This document shows positions 54,491 through 63,064 of a stretch of DNA of 64,000 bases, one piece after another. A program made the position numbers and the translations under genes. The stretch is from IMG/VR virus record IMGVR_UViG_2622736592_000004, positions 32,001 through 96,000 of that record. The stretch is one strand, 5' to 3'. This DNA is from a virus (taxonomy: Duplodnaviria > Caudoviricetes). The notes below the pieces were generated by a model. The model was not told the origin of the DNA. It did not search any database and worked only from the letters and a program-made list of their open reading frames with translations. Within the stretch, counting starts at the first letter, position 1. The number at the start of each line of letters is the position of its first letter.

Positions 54491-57420
54491 GCCGCCACCC
54501 GCTCGCAGGTGTTACCGACGCCCACCTCGTCGGCGAGAATTTCGGCGAGGGTCGGCAGGCTGGTGCGCTGCCGGCGCGGCGGCGGCAGCCGGTGGCCGAC
54601 CGCAGCGTGCAGGGCGGCGACCGCTTCGGCGGTTTCCCGGCGCACCGGCCTGCCCGGCCGGGCAATCTGCAACCAGGCAGTGTTCTTGCCTAGCTCGCGG
54701 GCGATCCACGCTTGCGGCCATCCCCGCCCCACCAGGTCGTTGACGAGGGCGATGGTGGGTGCGGACGGCAGCATGTCCCGCCCGTTCGGGTTGGCGGCGA
54801 TGTGGTCGCGAACGGCCTGGACAGTGAGGGCGCGCACGGCCTGGTCGACTTCGCTGGTGATCCGGGACCGTTGACCGTTGCTGATCTCGTCCACGGTCTT
54901 CTTGTTGAAACCGGTGATCGCTTGGATGGCGGTGCGAGCACGAAGCCCGACCTGCCCTTCCAGCAGTCGCAGATGTCCGCGTGCCGGGCCGGCGTCGACC
55001 ATGCTGACGCGGGCACCTGCGACTGCGGTGCAGGGCCCGCACACGCAGCCAGCGGCGTAGCCGAGGCGCGTGCCGTGCTCGCGGACACCCCGGTCGGCGT
55101 CGACCCGGACGGCGCGGGGCCGCTCCCACACCCAGCCGGGCACCGATTCGAGCAGCGCAACCCTGTCAGGGGTGAGCTCGTTGCGGCGGTGCAGGTGACG
55201 TTGCCGGGCAGCCCAGTCGCCGATGTTCGCCGTCCACCCGGACAGGATCTCGGTGCCGTTCTCGGGGATGTCGCAGCCGCCGGTGCGGGCCGCGTACTGG
55301 CGGAGGGCGTCCACGTGCAGTTGGAATCGGGTGTCGGCGAGCTGCCAGTCGAGGCGGCCGGGAGACGGCTTGTGGGGGGTGACAAGCAGGATGTCGTCGC
55401 GTAGGGGCAGTGCGAGACGCCCGGCGGCGTTGCGGCGGCGCACGGCGGTGACGAACTGGCCGAGGGGCAGCCTGCCCCACATGCGGTCGGCGGGGACGTT
55501 GGCGTCGGCGTGCGACTCCACCCATTCGGCGAGGGCATCGACCATGCGCTGCTCGCGTTCCGGTACACCGGCGTGCCACGTCCAGCCGGGGATCTGCTCG
55601 CACATGTGGGTGTGCCAGTCGGGCAGGTCGCCGTCGCGGTGCGCCCGACGTTGCTGGGCGCACCACCGGCCCACAGTGAGTGCGTTCTTCCGGCTGCGGT
55701 GCGGCAGCAGCATGTTGGCGACGTTGGGGCTGTTCAGGTCGAAACGGTGCCGCTGGGCGAGGGTGGTGACAGCGGTGTGGTCGCAGAGCCACCATGCGCC
55801 GTCGACTGTCCACGCCCATCCGGGTACCGCTTCGAGGCGGGCCGCTTGCGTGGTGGACAGGATGCCGGTGGCGTAGGCGCGGCGTTGAATGTGCACCCAC
55901 CGGCCGAGGTTCTGCCCGCGCGTCTTCGCCGACCAGGGGACAACCGTGTGGCCGTGGGTGGCGGCCCACGTGGTGAGCTGGGGGAGCATCACCTGCCAAG
56001 ACTCGTCTTCGGTGGTGTCGTCGGCGGTGCGGGCGGCGAGCTTCGCCAGGTCGACGCCGGTGAGGTTGAAGTGCAGCAGCCGGGACACGTGGCTGCCGAC
56101 TTGGTGGGGTTTCTCGCCGCCGGTGGTGCGCCACGCTCGTAGCTGGTCGAGTTCAGCGGCCATGCGCGGGTCGAGGGACCGCAGGGCCCGCAGAACCGCC
56201 CACACGGTGGCGAATTCACTGTCGAGGAGTTCCTCGTGGTCGGAGCTTCGGGCGGGCACCGTCACCGGCAATATGATCAGGCCTCGGGTTTTGCCGGGTG
56301 CCGGTCGGAGGGCGCGGCCGACGGCTTGCACGATGTCAACGTCGGAGGTGCGGGGGTCGGCGAAGACGACGCCGTCGACTGCGGGCACGTTGACGCCCTC
56401 AGCCAAGCAACGGGCGTTGGCGACCACGGCAACGGTGTCGGTGTTCGAGTCGGTGAGGGTGTTGAGGGCGGCCCGCCGGGAGGCGGTGGAGTCGACCCCC
56501 GCGACGGCGGCGGCGTGGACGGTGCGCCCATCAGGCAGCGCCAGCCCATGTATGGCGGCGGCGAACTGGCGTGCCCGCGACACCCGCGAGTGGTAGCTGA
56601 TAACCCGCGACAACCCTTCGCGGGCGGCAGCGACCAGGGCGGCAGAAGCTTCGGTACCACCGTTGAGGTGTGCACTGGTGTGGCTGCCGTCGATGACGAG
56701 CACCCGGTAGTCGACGAGCAGCCCGGCGGCGATGGCGTCGGCGAGGTTGATGGTGTCGGCGACCGGCCCGAACAACGCCTTGTCGGACATCGACAGCAGT
56801 GTTTCGCCGACGTGCCGGGTGCCGGTGTGTACGGGGGTGGCGGTGACGAACAGGCGTCGTCTCGCCGGCAACTGCTGGTCGTCGAGGGCAACCCGGAACC
56901 GGTCGTCGGGTAGCCCGGCGAGCCGATGCGCCTCATCGCACACGATCAAGTCGAAGCGGGCCCCTGCACGTCGGGCGGCGTCGGCGACGACCTGGGACGA
57001 ATGGTAGGTGGAGAACAGCACCTTCGGCTGGCCGTCCCGGCGGCGCAGGAACGCGGACACCGCATAGTGGTCGGTGGTGACTTTCACACCATGGTCAGAC
57101 CACCATCCACGGTCGATGCGCCACGGATCCCCTGTGGTCTGGTCGGAGCAGACAACGAGCGGCGTGAACGGCTGGGGGCTGCCGGTCTGCCATTCGGCGA
57201 GGGCTTGCGCGGTGAGGGCCAGCGACGGCACGAGAACGAGAGTCAGTTGGGATTGGGTGTCGTCGTGGAGCCACCGGCCGAGGAGTGTTTTGCCGGTGCC
57301 GCACGCCCAGTACACCTGGGCGCGGTCGGTGCGCTGGTAGATGTCGGCGAGGTTGTGTAGCGCGCGGGTCTGGTGGGGGCGACGCCGGGGGAATGTCACC
57401 GGCGCGTGTGCGTAGTTCAT
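54487..57420 (-). CDS. SF2 DEAH helicase with helicase-associated (HA) repeats and C-terminal Zn/HTH module (TtrA-like)
   Basis: ACGTGKT, DEAHR, TATP, LAEGVNVP, QAVGRALR; repeated LG.W...QR......L....PGW.W. Confidence 0.85.
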   Translation of the reverse strand: MNYAHAPVTFPRRRPHQTRALHNLADIYQRTDRAQVYWACGTGKTLLGRWLHDDTQSQLTLVLVPSLALTAQALAEWQTGSPQPFTPLVVCSDQTTGDPWRIDRGWWSDHGVKVTTDHYAVSAFLRRRDGQPKVLFSTYHSSQVVADAARRAGARFDLIVCDEAHRLAGLPDDRFRVALDDQQLPARRRLFVTATPVHTGTRHVGETLLSMSDKALFGPVADTINLADAIAAGLLVDYRVLVIDGSHTSAHLNGGTEASAALVAAAREGLSRVISYHSRVSRARQFAAAIHGLALPDGRTVHAAAVAGVDSTASRRAALNTLTDSNTDTVAVVANARCLAEGVNVPAVDGVVFADPRTSDVDIVQAVGRALRPAPGKTRGLIILPVTVPARSSDHEELLDSEFATVWAVLRALRSLDPRMAAELDQLRAWRTTGGEKPHQVGSHVSRLLHFNLTGVDLAKLAARTADDTTEDESWQVMLPQLTTWAATHGHTVVPWSAKTRGQNLGRWVHIQRRAYATGILSTTQAARLEAVPGWAWTVDGAWWLCDHTAVTTLAQRHRFDLNSPNVANMLLPHRSRKNALTVGRWCAQQRRAHRDGDLPDWHTHMCEQIPGWTWHAGVPEREQRMVDALAEWVESHADANVPADRMWGRLPLGQFVTAVRRRNAAGRLALPLRDDILLVTPHKPSPGRLDWQLADTRFQLHVDALRQYAARTGGCDIPENGTEILSGWTANIGDWAARQRHLHRRNELTPDRVALLESVPGWVWERPRAVRVDADRGVREHGTRLGYAAGCVCGPCTAVAGARVSMVDAGPARGHLRLLEGQVGLRARTAIQAITGFNKKTVDEISNGQRSRITSEVDQAVRALTVQAVRDHIAANPNGRDMLPSAPTIALVNDLVGRGWPQAWIARELGKNTAWLQIARPGRPVRRETAEAVAALHAAVGHRLPPPRRQRTSLPTLAEILADEVGVGNTCERVAA

Positions 57421-57809
57421 GCCACGTCCCCCATGTAGGTGTTCGTGGCTTGCAGCCGGTACTGGTGGGCGGCTTCGATCCGCTCCACTTCGCCTTCGCG
57501 GATGAGCATGTCTTGGGCGAGGGCATTGGCGAGGCCGTGGGCGTCAACGCTGGCCCCGTCGAGGGCTCGGCTGGTGTTGGTGTCGGAGTTGGTCAACGCG
57601 CGGGTGGCTGCCTTCCTGAGGCGGCGGCCCCGCTGGTGGAGTACGCGTATCCACCGCCGGTCTCGCTCGATCCGGGCGCGTTGGAGTTGGATCCAGCCGG
57701 CCAGGTCTTGGTTGGGGTCGCAGCATGCGGAGCCGGGGTGGGGCACGCTGGTGGACGCTGCGTCGAACAGGGCCGGCTGGGTGGCGGGTCGAATAGTCAT
57801 GGCGGTCAC
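57417..57809 (-). CDS. Hypothetical protein
   Basis: GGAGG RBS; ATGA overlap with helicase. Confidence 0.55.
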   Translation of the reverse strand: MTAMTIRPATQPALFDAASTSVPHPGSACCDPNQDLAGWIQLQRARIERDRRWIRVLHQRGRRLRKAATRALTNSDTNTSRALDGASVDAHGLANALAQDMLIREGEVERIEAAHQYRLQATNTYMGDVA

Positions 57810-57874
57810 CTCCGTTGGTGCGAGGGGTGGGGGTGCGGTCCGCCGTGGTGGCCGGACCGCACCCGTGACAAAAG

Positions 57875-58759
57875 TCAGGCCGCGAGGTCGTAGGTGGGCA
57901 GCGGTCGGTGCGCCAGCTCGTTGACGTAGCTGCCAGACATGCGCAGGGCGCGTTGGATGGCGGCGAGGGTCATGCCGGCCTGTTGACCTCGGTGTACGGC
58001 GTGGTGCCGCTCCAGGCGGGTTAGCTGCACCAGTTCCCCGTTGAGCGCCATCTCGATGGCCACGTCGTCTACCAAGTCGTCCCGGTCTGCCGGTGTGGAC
58101 GGCTTAGCACGCGGGTCGTCGATGTCGTCCCACGCGGCGAGGGAAACCCAGCCCTGCCGGAGGGCGTGGGCGCGGGCGCGGGGGGATGGACCCCACGTGC
58201 CGTCGAGGTGCCGGGCGATCACTCGGATGGAGTGGGCACGTGTCTCGGCAATCATTCGGTGGGTGCCGCTGCGGTAGCGACGCACCGCCTCAGGGATGAG
58301 GTCGAGCATGGGGGCGAGGTCGTCGGAGCTGTAGTGGGCGTAGGCGAGCCCTTGCAGACGCCGCATGGCCCCGACAGCCACTGTCAGCCCGTTGCGCACC
58401 GGCGGTGGGACGGGCTTTACGGCCAGGATCGCGGCGACGGTTTGGGGTTGGCTGTTGAGGGTGACGCCGTTGGCGATCTTGTGGACGGTGGAGAAGGACA
58501 CTCCGGCCTGCTGGGCGATGGCGCTGATCGACATGCTGTGTTCGCTGTGCAGGGCGGTGATGTGCTGGCGGGCGGGGGCTGCCGGCACGTGTGCGGGCTG
58601 AATCCATCCGTAGGCGGCAGCGTGGTGGCGGGCGCGGGCTCTGGTGCGGGCGAGGCGTCGGCAGTTGTCGCAGCCTGCGGCGTATTCGCGGTGTTGGGGG
58701 CAGCGTTGGGGCATGCTGACTCCGTCGCGTACCTGCCGAGCGAGGGCGAGCGTGCTCAT
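57875..58759 (-). CDS. Multi-HTH DNA-binding protein
   Basis: MSISAIAQQAGVSFSTVHKI; RRLQGL; AWDDIDDP. Confidence 0.75.
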   Translation of the reverse strand: MSTLALARQVRDGVSMPQRCPQHREYAAGCDNCRRLARTRARARHHAAAYGWIQPAHVPAAPARQHITALHSEHSMSISAIAQQAGVSFSTVHKIANGVTLNSQPQTVAAILAVKPVPPPVRNGLTVAVGAMRRLQGLAYAHYSSDDLAPMLDLIPEAVRRYRSGTHRMIAETRAHSIRVIARHLDGTWGPSPRARAHALRQGWVSLAAWDDIDDPRAKPSTPADRDDLVDDVAIEMALNGELVQLTRLERHHAVHRGQQAGMTLAAIQRALRMSGSYVNELAHRPLPTYDLAA

Positions 58760-59895
58760 CGGCTGACCCGGATGGGCATGATGAGGTACCGGTAGCCGGG
58801 GACGGGCTGCCCGTCGTTTCCGGCGGGGGTGATGACGGCCGGCTTGTTGGCGTCCACGAACGCGAAGTGGGCGTCGCGGCTGCCGAGGTGGTTGAGTCCG
58901 TCGATCAGGTAGGCGGGGTTGAAGCCGATGGTGAGCGGGTCGCCGGTGAACGTGGCCTCCATGGCCTCGCTGGCCCGCGCCTCCTCGGTGCCGCCCGCCT
59001 CCACCACGAGGCCGTCGCTGCTGAAGCTGAGCAGCACGGGGGTGGTGCGGTCGGCGACCAGCGCCACCCGCTTGACGACCTCGACGAGCGCGGCGACCGG
59101 GACGACTGCGGTGGCGGCGACCGCCTCCGGCTTGGGGAACAGGCTGCGGACGGGCGGGTAGTTGGCCCCGTCGAGCAGACGGGAGGTGGTGCGGCGGGTG
59201 TTCCGCGCGAACCCGATCATCCCTTCGCCGGCCGTCTCCTGCGCCAGGGCGATCGTTACCTCACCGCCGAGGGGGCCGAGGGCCTTCGCCGTGTCGTGCA
59301 GGGTGCGGGCCGGGATGAGGGCGTTGATGCTGGCGTCCGTGTCGGCCGGCTTCCAGTCCAGTTCGCGGACGGCGAGCCGGTACCGGTCGGTGGCGAGCAG
59401 CGCCATCTTGTTCCCCGCGAGTTCCATACGGACACCGGTCATCATCGGCAGCGACTCGTCGCGGCCGGCGGCCACAGCAACCTGGGCAACAGCGGTGGCG
59501 AACTGGGCGGCGTCCACGGTGCCGGCCGGTGCGGGCATGGCAGGTAGGGCCGGGTAGTCCTCCACCGGCATCGTCGGGAGGGTGAACCGGGCGGACCCGC
59601 AGACCAGTTCGAGGTGCGCGCCGACCGTGGCCAGCTCGACCGGCTTGTTTGGTAGCGCCTTCGTGATCTCGGCGAGCAGCCGGGCGGACACGAGGGTGCT
59701 GCCCGGGTCGGCGACGGTGCCCCGGGCGTGTAGCTCGTTGGACACCTCGTAGTCGAAGCTCTTGACGGTGACCCCGTCGTTGGCGGTGGTGAGTAGGACA
59801 CCGGCCATGACGGGCACCTGCGGACGCTGGGGGAGTGCCTTCGCGGCGGTGGTGACGGCCTCGGCGAGGGCGTCACGCTCGGCGGTGATCTTCAT
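58756..59895 (-). CDS. dnaN: DNA polymerase III beta sliding clamp
   Basis: FDYEVS, LPTMPVEDYP, ATDRYRLAVREL, IGFNPAYL, YRYLIMPIR. Confidence 0.95.
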   Translation of the reverse strand: MKITAERDALAEAVTTAAKALPQRPQVPVMAGVLLTTANDGVTVKSFDYEVSNELHARGTVADPGSTLVSARLLAEITKALPNKPVELATVGAHLELVCGSARFTLPTMPVEDYPALPAMPAPAGTVDAAQFATAVAQVAVAAGRDESLPMMTGVRMELAGNKMALLATDRYRLAVRELDWKPADTDASINALIPARTLHDTAKALGPLGGEVTIALAQETAGEGMIGFARNTRRTTSRLLDGANYPPVRSLFPKPEAVAATAVVPVAALVEVVKRVALVADRTTPVLLSFSSDGLVVEAGGTEEARASEAMEATFTGDPLTIGFNPAYLIDGLNHLGSRDAHFAFVDANKPAVITPAGNDGQPVPGYRYLIMPIRVSR

Positions 59896-60167
59896 GCGGC
59901 GGCTCCTTCGAGACGGCTGGTGGGGAAAAGTCGGTGGTGCTCGCGGTTGAGGACTTCGTGCTGGATGACGGGGAAACGGAGCAGGGTTCGCATGACCCGG
60001 TCGGCGTCGGCGAGGCGTTCGGTGAGCCGCTGGTTGTCGGCGAGCACCGCAGCCAGCGACGGCACGGCGGCCGTGTCGCAGACGGGGCAGGTTTGCCCGT
60101 GGGCGGCGTGCCGGCGGCGGGCCGACTCGGACGGGCACGGCAGCACAGCGTTGGGGTGCAGGCTCAC
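59892..60167 (-). CDS. Hypothetical protein
   Basis: PCPS....RRH...GQTCPVC. Confidence 0.5.
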   Translation of the reverse strand: MSLHPNAVLPCPSESARRRHAAHGQTCPVCDTAAVPSLAAVLADNQRLTERLADADRVMRTLLRFPVIQHEVLNREHHRLFPTSRLEGAAA

Positions 60168-60703
60168 GCGGCCACCGCCTGCCATGCCGGCACCACATCC
60201 AGGTGCAGCACCCCACCCAACGCCCGCGTGTACTGCTGCAAACTCGCCACCATCGCCCCGTCCGGGAGGGCTTCCCGCCGGTACGCGGCCGACTCGCTGC
60301 ACCCCATCCGCGCACCCATCTCGGCGCAGGTCAGGCCAGCGGCGCGGCGGATTCGGGCTAGGTTGTTGACGGCGATCCGCAAATCCAGCCGGTCTTCGTC
60401 GGCGGCGGTGGCGGGCTGCTGGGCGTCGTACAGGGCGGCGAGGGTGTCACCGTCGTCGGGCAGGGGAAGGCCGATGGTGGTGAGGTTCAGCCGGTAGCCG
60501 TAGATGCGCGCCCACGCCTGCACGGTGGCGACCTGCCAGTTGCGGCGGCGTTCCATCTGCGACAGGCCGAACTTGTTGCACCCGTAGCGGGCGGCGGCGG
60601 CCACTTGGCTGATTCCTCGGCGTTCCCGGTGGCGGCGGAGCGTGGCGGCGAGCCGTTCGCGTTCGCGCGTGTCGTCGCGGTGCAGATCCACAACGACGGT
60701 CAT
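60164..60703 (-). CDS. Tandem XRE-type HTH protein
   Basis: RERRGISQVAAA and RRAAGLTCAEMG. Confidence 0.75.
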   Translation of the reverse strand: MTVVVDLHRDDTRERERLAATLRRHRERRGISQVAAAARYGCNKFGLSQMERRRNWQVATVQAWARIYGYRLNLTTIGLPLPDDGDTLAALYDAQQPATAADEDRLDLRIAVNNLARIRRAAGLTCAEMGARMGCSESAAYRREALPDGAMVASLQQYTRALGGVLHLDVVPAWQAVAA

Positions 60704-60969
60704 CCGGTCACCGGCCCGGCGTCGGAGAACGCGGGGTCGAGCTTGCCTGGCTTGCGGGGCCGGTTACGCCACGCCTCACCGGCGGGCAGGATCTCGATGC
60801 GCCCGTCCAGGTGCAGCCGCACGTAGCCTTTGTCTTCCAGCTCGTACAGGGCGAGGTCGGGGTTGTGGATCCGGCCGGAGCTGTCGACGTAGCCGTAGGT
60901 GGCGGGGTCGCGGGTGATGCGGCCGTCGGTGATGGCGTCGTAGAGCCGTTCGAGCTTCTCGTATTTCAT
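60700..60969 (-). CDS. Hypothetical protein
   Basis: AGGA RBS; MKYEKLERL. Confidence 0.55.
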   Translation of the reverse strand: MKYEKLERLYDAITDGRITRDPATYGYVDSSGRIHNPDLALYELEDKGYVRLHLDGRIEILPAGEAWRNRPRKPGKLDPAFSDAGPVTG

Positions 60970-61200
60970 GGTGGTCCTGTCGGGTTGACGTCCTCCCCGC
61001 CCTGAAGAGGCGGGGATTCCCTCCCTGGCGTCCGCCGCAGCGGATCGCCTTGAGTTGGGTTCCTGTTTCATCGGCCGATGCCTCCTTGAGCGGAGGTCTG
61101 ACTTAGCCTCCGCAGGCGTTTGCGGTCTCCGCCCGTCCGACGGCGACCTTGTGTCCTTCGGTTCGGATGTTGCGCGCGGCGTTGATGTCGCGGTCGTGCG
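60965..61200 (-). ncRNA. Predicted TnpB omegaRNA; guide CCCGACAGGACCACCATGAA (5' end approximate)
   Basis: Established TnpB biology: scaffold from tnpB 3' end/right end, guide from flank beyond TCAA. Confidence 0.55.
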
Positions 61201-62260
61201 CCGTCTCGCAGTTGACGCATTTCCATTCGCGGATCACGAGGGGCTTGGGGCCGTCCTTGAATCCGCAGGCGGAGCAGAGTTGCGAGGACGGGAAGAACCG
61301 GTCCACGCGGGCGAAGGTGCGGCCGTACCGGGCAGCCTTGTACTCCAACATGCCCACGAACTGGGACCAACCCGCGTCGTGTACGGATTTCGCAAGCCGG
61401 GTGCGGGCAAGACCCGACACGCACAGGTCCTCGACGTACACCGCTTGGTTGTCGCGGATGATCGCCGTGGACAGCTTGTGCTGCCAGTCCCGCCGGGTAT
61501 CGGCCACCCGCGCATGAGCGCGTGCAACCTTCACGACGGCCTTCTTGCGGTTGTTCGACCCGCGCTGTTTGCGCGAGAGATCCTGCTGCAACCGGCGCAG
61601 CTTGCGGGCGGCCCGCCGTAGGAACTTCGGCGCGGCGACCTTCGTGCCGTCGGATAGGACCGCGAAGTGGGTTAGCCCCAGGTCGATGCCGACCTCGGAG
61701 CCGACCGGCGGCAACGTCTCGTCCTCGGCCGTGGCCACCATGAACGACGCGAAGTATCGGCCAGCGGTGTCCTTGACCACAGTCACGGACGATGGGGTCG
61801 ACGGCAACGCCCGCGACCAGCGCACGGAGATTTCCCCGACCTTCGGCAGGCGCAACTTCCCGCCCTTGGTGATGGAGAAACAGTCGGATTTGGTGTACTT
61901 GGCGGTCTGCCGGTTGTCCTTTCGCGACCGGAATCGGGGCGCTCCAACCTTGGGCCCCTTGCGTTTTCCAGACAGTGAGTCGAAGTAGTTCCGATAGGCC
62001 GCGTCCAGGTCCCGTAACGCCTGCTGCATGACACCAACGGGGGCGTTGGATAGCCACGCCCGCTCGGGCGTCTTCTTCGCCTGCGTGATGAGCCGCTTGG
62101 ACAGGTCCCCGGACTTCGGAAACGGCTGACCTGAAGCGTGGGCCTCCTCGCGTGCCCGCAGTCCGTCGTTGTACACCGTCCGCGCACACCCGAACGTCCG
62201 GGCGAGCGCTGTGCGCTGGCCGGGCGTCGGGTAGACGCGGAAGTTGTACCGAAGAAGCAT
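61103..62260 (-). CDS. tnpB: TnpB RNA-guided endonuclease
   Basis: YNFRVYPT, GIDLG, VEDL, CSAC..CVNC, HDRDINAA. Confidence 0.95.
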   Translation of the reverse strand: MLLRYNFRVYPTPGQRTALARTFGCARTVYNDGLRAREEAHASGQPFPKSGDLSKRLITQAKKTPERAWLSNAPVGVMQQALRDLDAAYRNYFDSLSGKRKGPKVGAPRFRSRKDNRQTAKYTKSDCFSITKGGKLRLPKVGEISVRWSRALPSTPSSVTVVKDTAGRYFASFMVATAEDETLPPVGSEVGIDLGLTHFAVLSDGTKVAAPKFLRRAARKLRRLQQDLSRKQRGSNNRKKAVVKVARAHARVADTRRDWQHKLSTAIIRDNQAVYVEDLCVSGLARTRLAKSVHDAGWSQFVGMLEYKAARYGRTFARVDRFFPSSQLCSACGFKDGPKPLVIREWKCVNCETAHDRDINAARNIRTEGHKVAVGRAETANACGG

Positions 62261-62308
62261 GGTCCCATTGTAGCTCCATTATGGGACCACTGCCAGAATG
62301 GGACCATG
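62258..62308. promoter_or_regulatory. Symmetric divergent leaderless promoter/operator
   Basis: 12-bp IR CATGGTCCCATT / AATGGGACCATG containing both ATGs; third ATGGGACCA at 62281; TACAAT and CAGAAT -10s. Confidence 0.75.
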
Positions 62309-62512
62309 ACGAAGCATGTGAACCTGCGGCTCCCGGACGACGTGCACGCACTCGCCGTGGCTGCTGCTGCGGCTGACGACCGCTCTCTGAACTCATGGCT
62401 GATCTCCGTAGTGCGACGTGCTGCCGAAGCCTCCGAGACGTCGGATCGCCCTGACGGCGATCCGACGTCTCCTGCCCCGCTACGCGGGAAGACGGATTCA
62501 CCCCCGCCCTGA
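62306..62512 (+). CDS. Arc/HicB-like ribbon-helix-helix protein
   Basis: MTKHVNLRLPDDVH.....AA..DDRSLNSWL. Confidence 0.8.
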   Translation: MTKHVNLRLPDDVHALAVAAAAADDRSLNSWLISVVRRAAEASETSDRPDGDPTSPAPLRGKTDSPPP

Positions 62513-63064
62513 AGGCTGGGGAACCCTGCGACGCTTGTGGTCGCGGCGCTCGTCCTCGGACATGCCGCCGGCAACCCCGAACGGCTGGCTGCCGAGCGCC
62601 CACTCCAGGCACTCGTTCTTGACGGGGCAGCGGCGGCACACCGCCTTGGCCTGCTCGACCTGCAACAGGGCGGGACCGGAGGTGCCGACGGGGAAGAACA
62701 GCTCGGCAGGCTTGTCGCGGCAGGCACCACGGGTGCGGAAGTCGTCCTCGGCGGCGGTGCGACGGATCTGGGCGACGACGCGCGGCTGCCCGGTGGGGTC
62801 GGCGGCCGGCGCGGACGGGGCCACCTGGACCGGTGCGGCCGGCGCGGGAGTGAGGCCGAGAACGGCGTACATGTCGTCACGCCACCGGCGGGCCGCCACC
62901 ATTTCCGGGGTGGGGCGGGTGGGGTCGGCGTTGGTGGGCACGCCGTGCATGTCGCAGGCGATCTCGGAGAGGATGCGGCGGACGGCGGCGTCCCGGTCGG
63001 CCGTGCTGTTGGTGGGGAGGACGCGGGTGGTGGCGAGCGCCCCGTCGATGCTGAGCGCAGCCAT
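62498..63064 (-). CDS. whiB: WhiB-family transcription factor with N-terminal extension
   Basis: GACRDKPAELFFP...AKAVCRRCPVKNECLEWAL...GVAGGMSEDERR. Confidence 0.9.
   Translation of the reverse strand: MAALSIDGALATTRVLPTNSTADRDAAVRRILSEIACDMHGVPTNADPTRPTPEMVAARRWRDDMYAVLGLTPAPAAPVQVAPSAPAADPTGQPRVVAQIRRTAAEDDFRTRGACRDKPAELFFPVGTSGPALLQVEQAKAVCRRCPVKNECLEWALGSQPFGVAGGMSEDERRDHKRRRVPQPSGRG

Larger units (their letters stand above)
60985..62535 (-). mobile_element. IS200/IS605-family (IS1341-like, no tnpA) element; left boundary approximate
   Basis: Right end GAAT-CCCCGCC..GGCGGGG..TCAA; similar left-end hairpin about 62496-62525; tnpB. Confidence 0.85.

Noticed and set aside
58756-59895. dnaN marking the host oriC or prophage boundary
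   Set aside because: No dnaA, recF or gyrB; overlapped on both sides by phage-type genes.
62526-62550. Exact IS left end and TAM
   Set aside because: Could not reconcile candidate tetranucleotides with IS608-type guide pairing; needs the empty allele.
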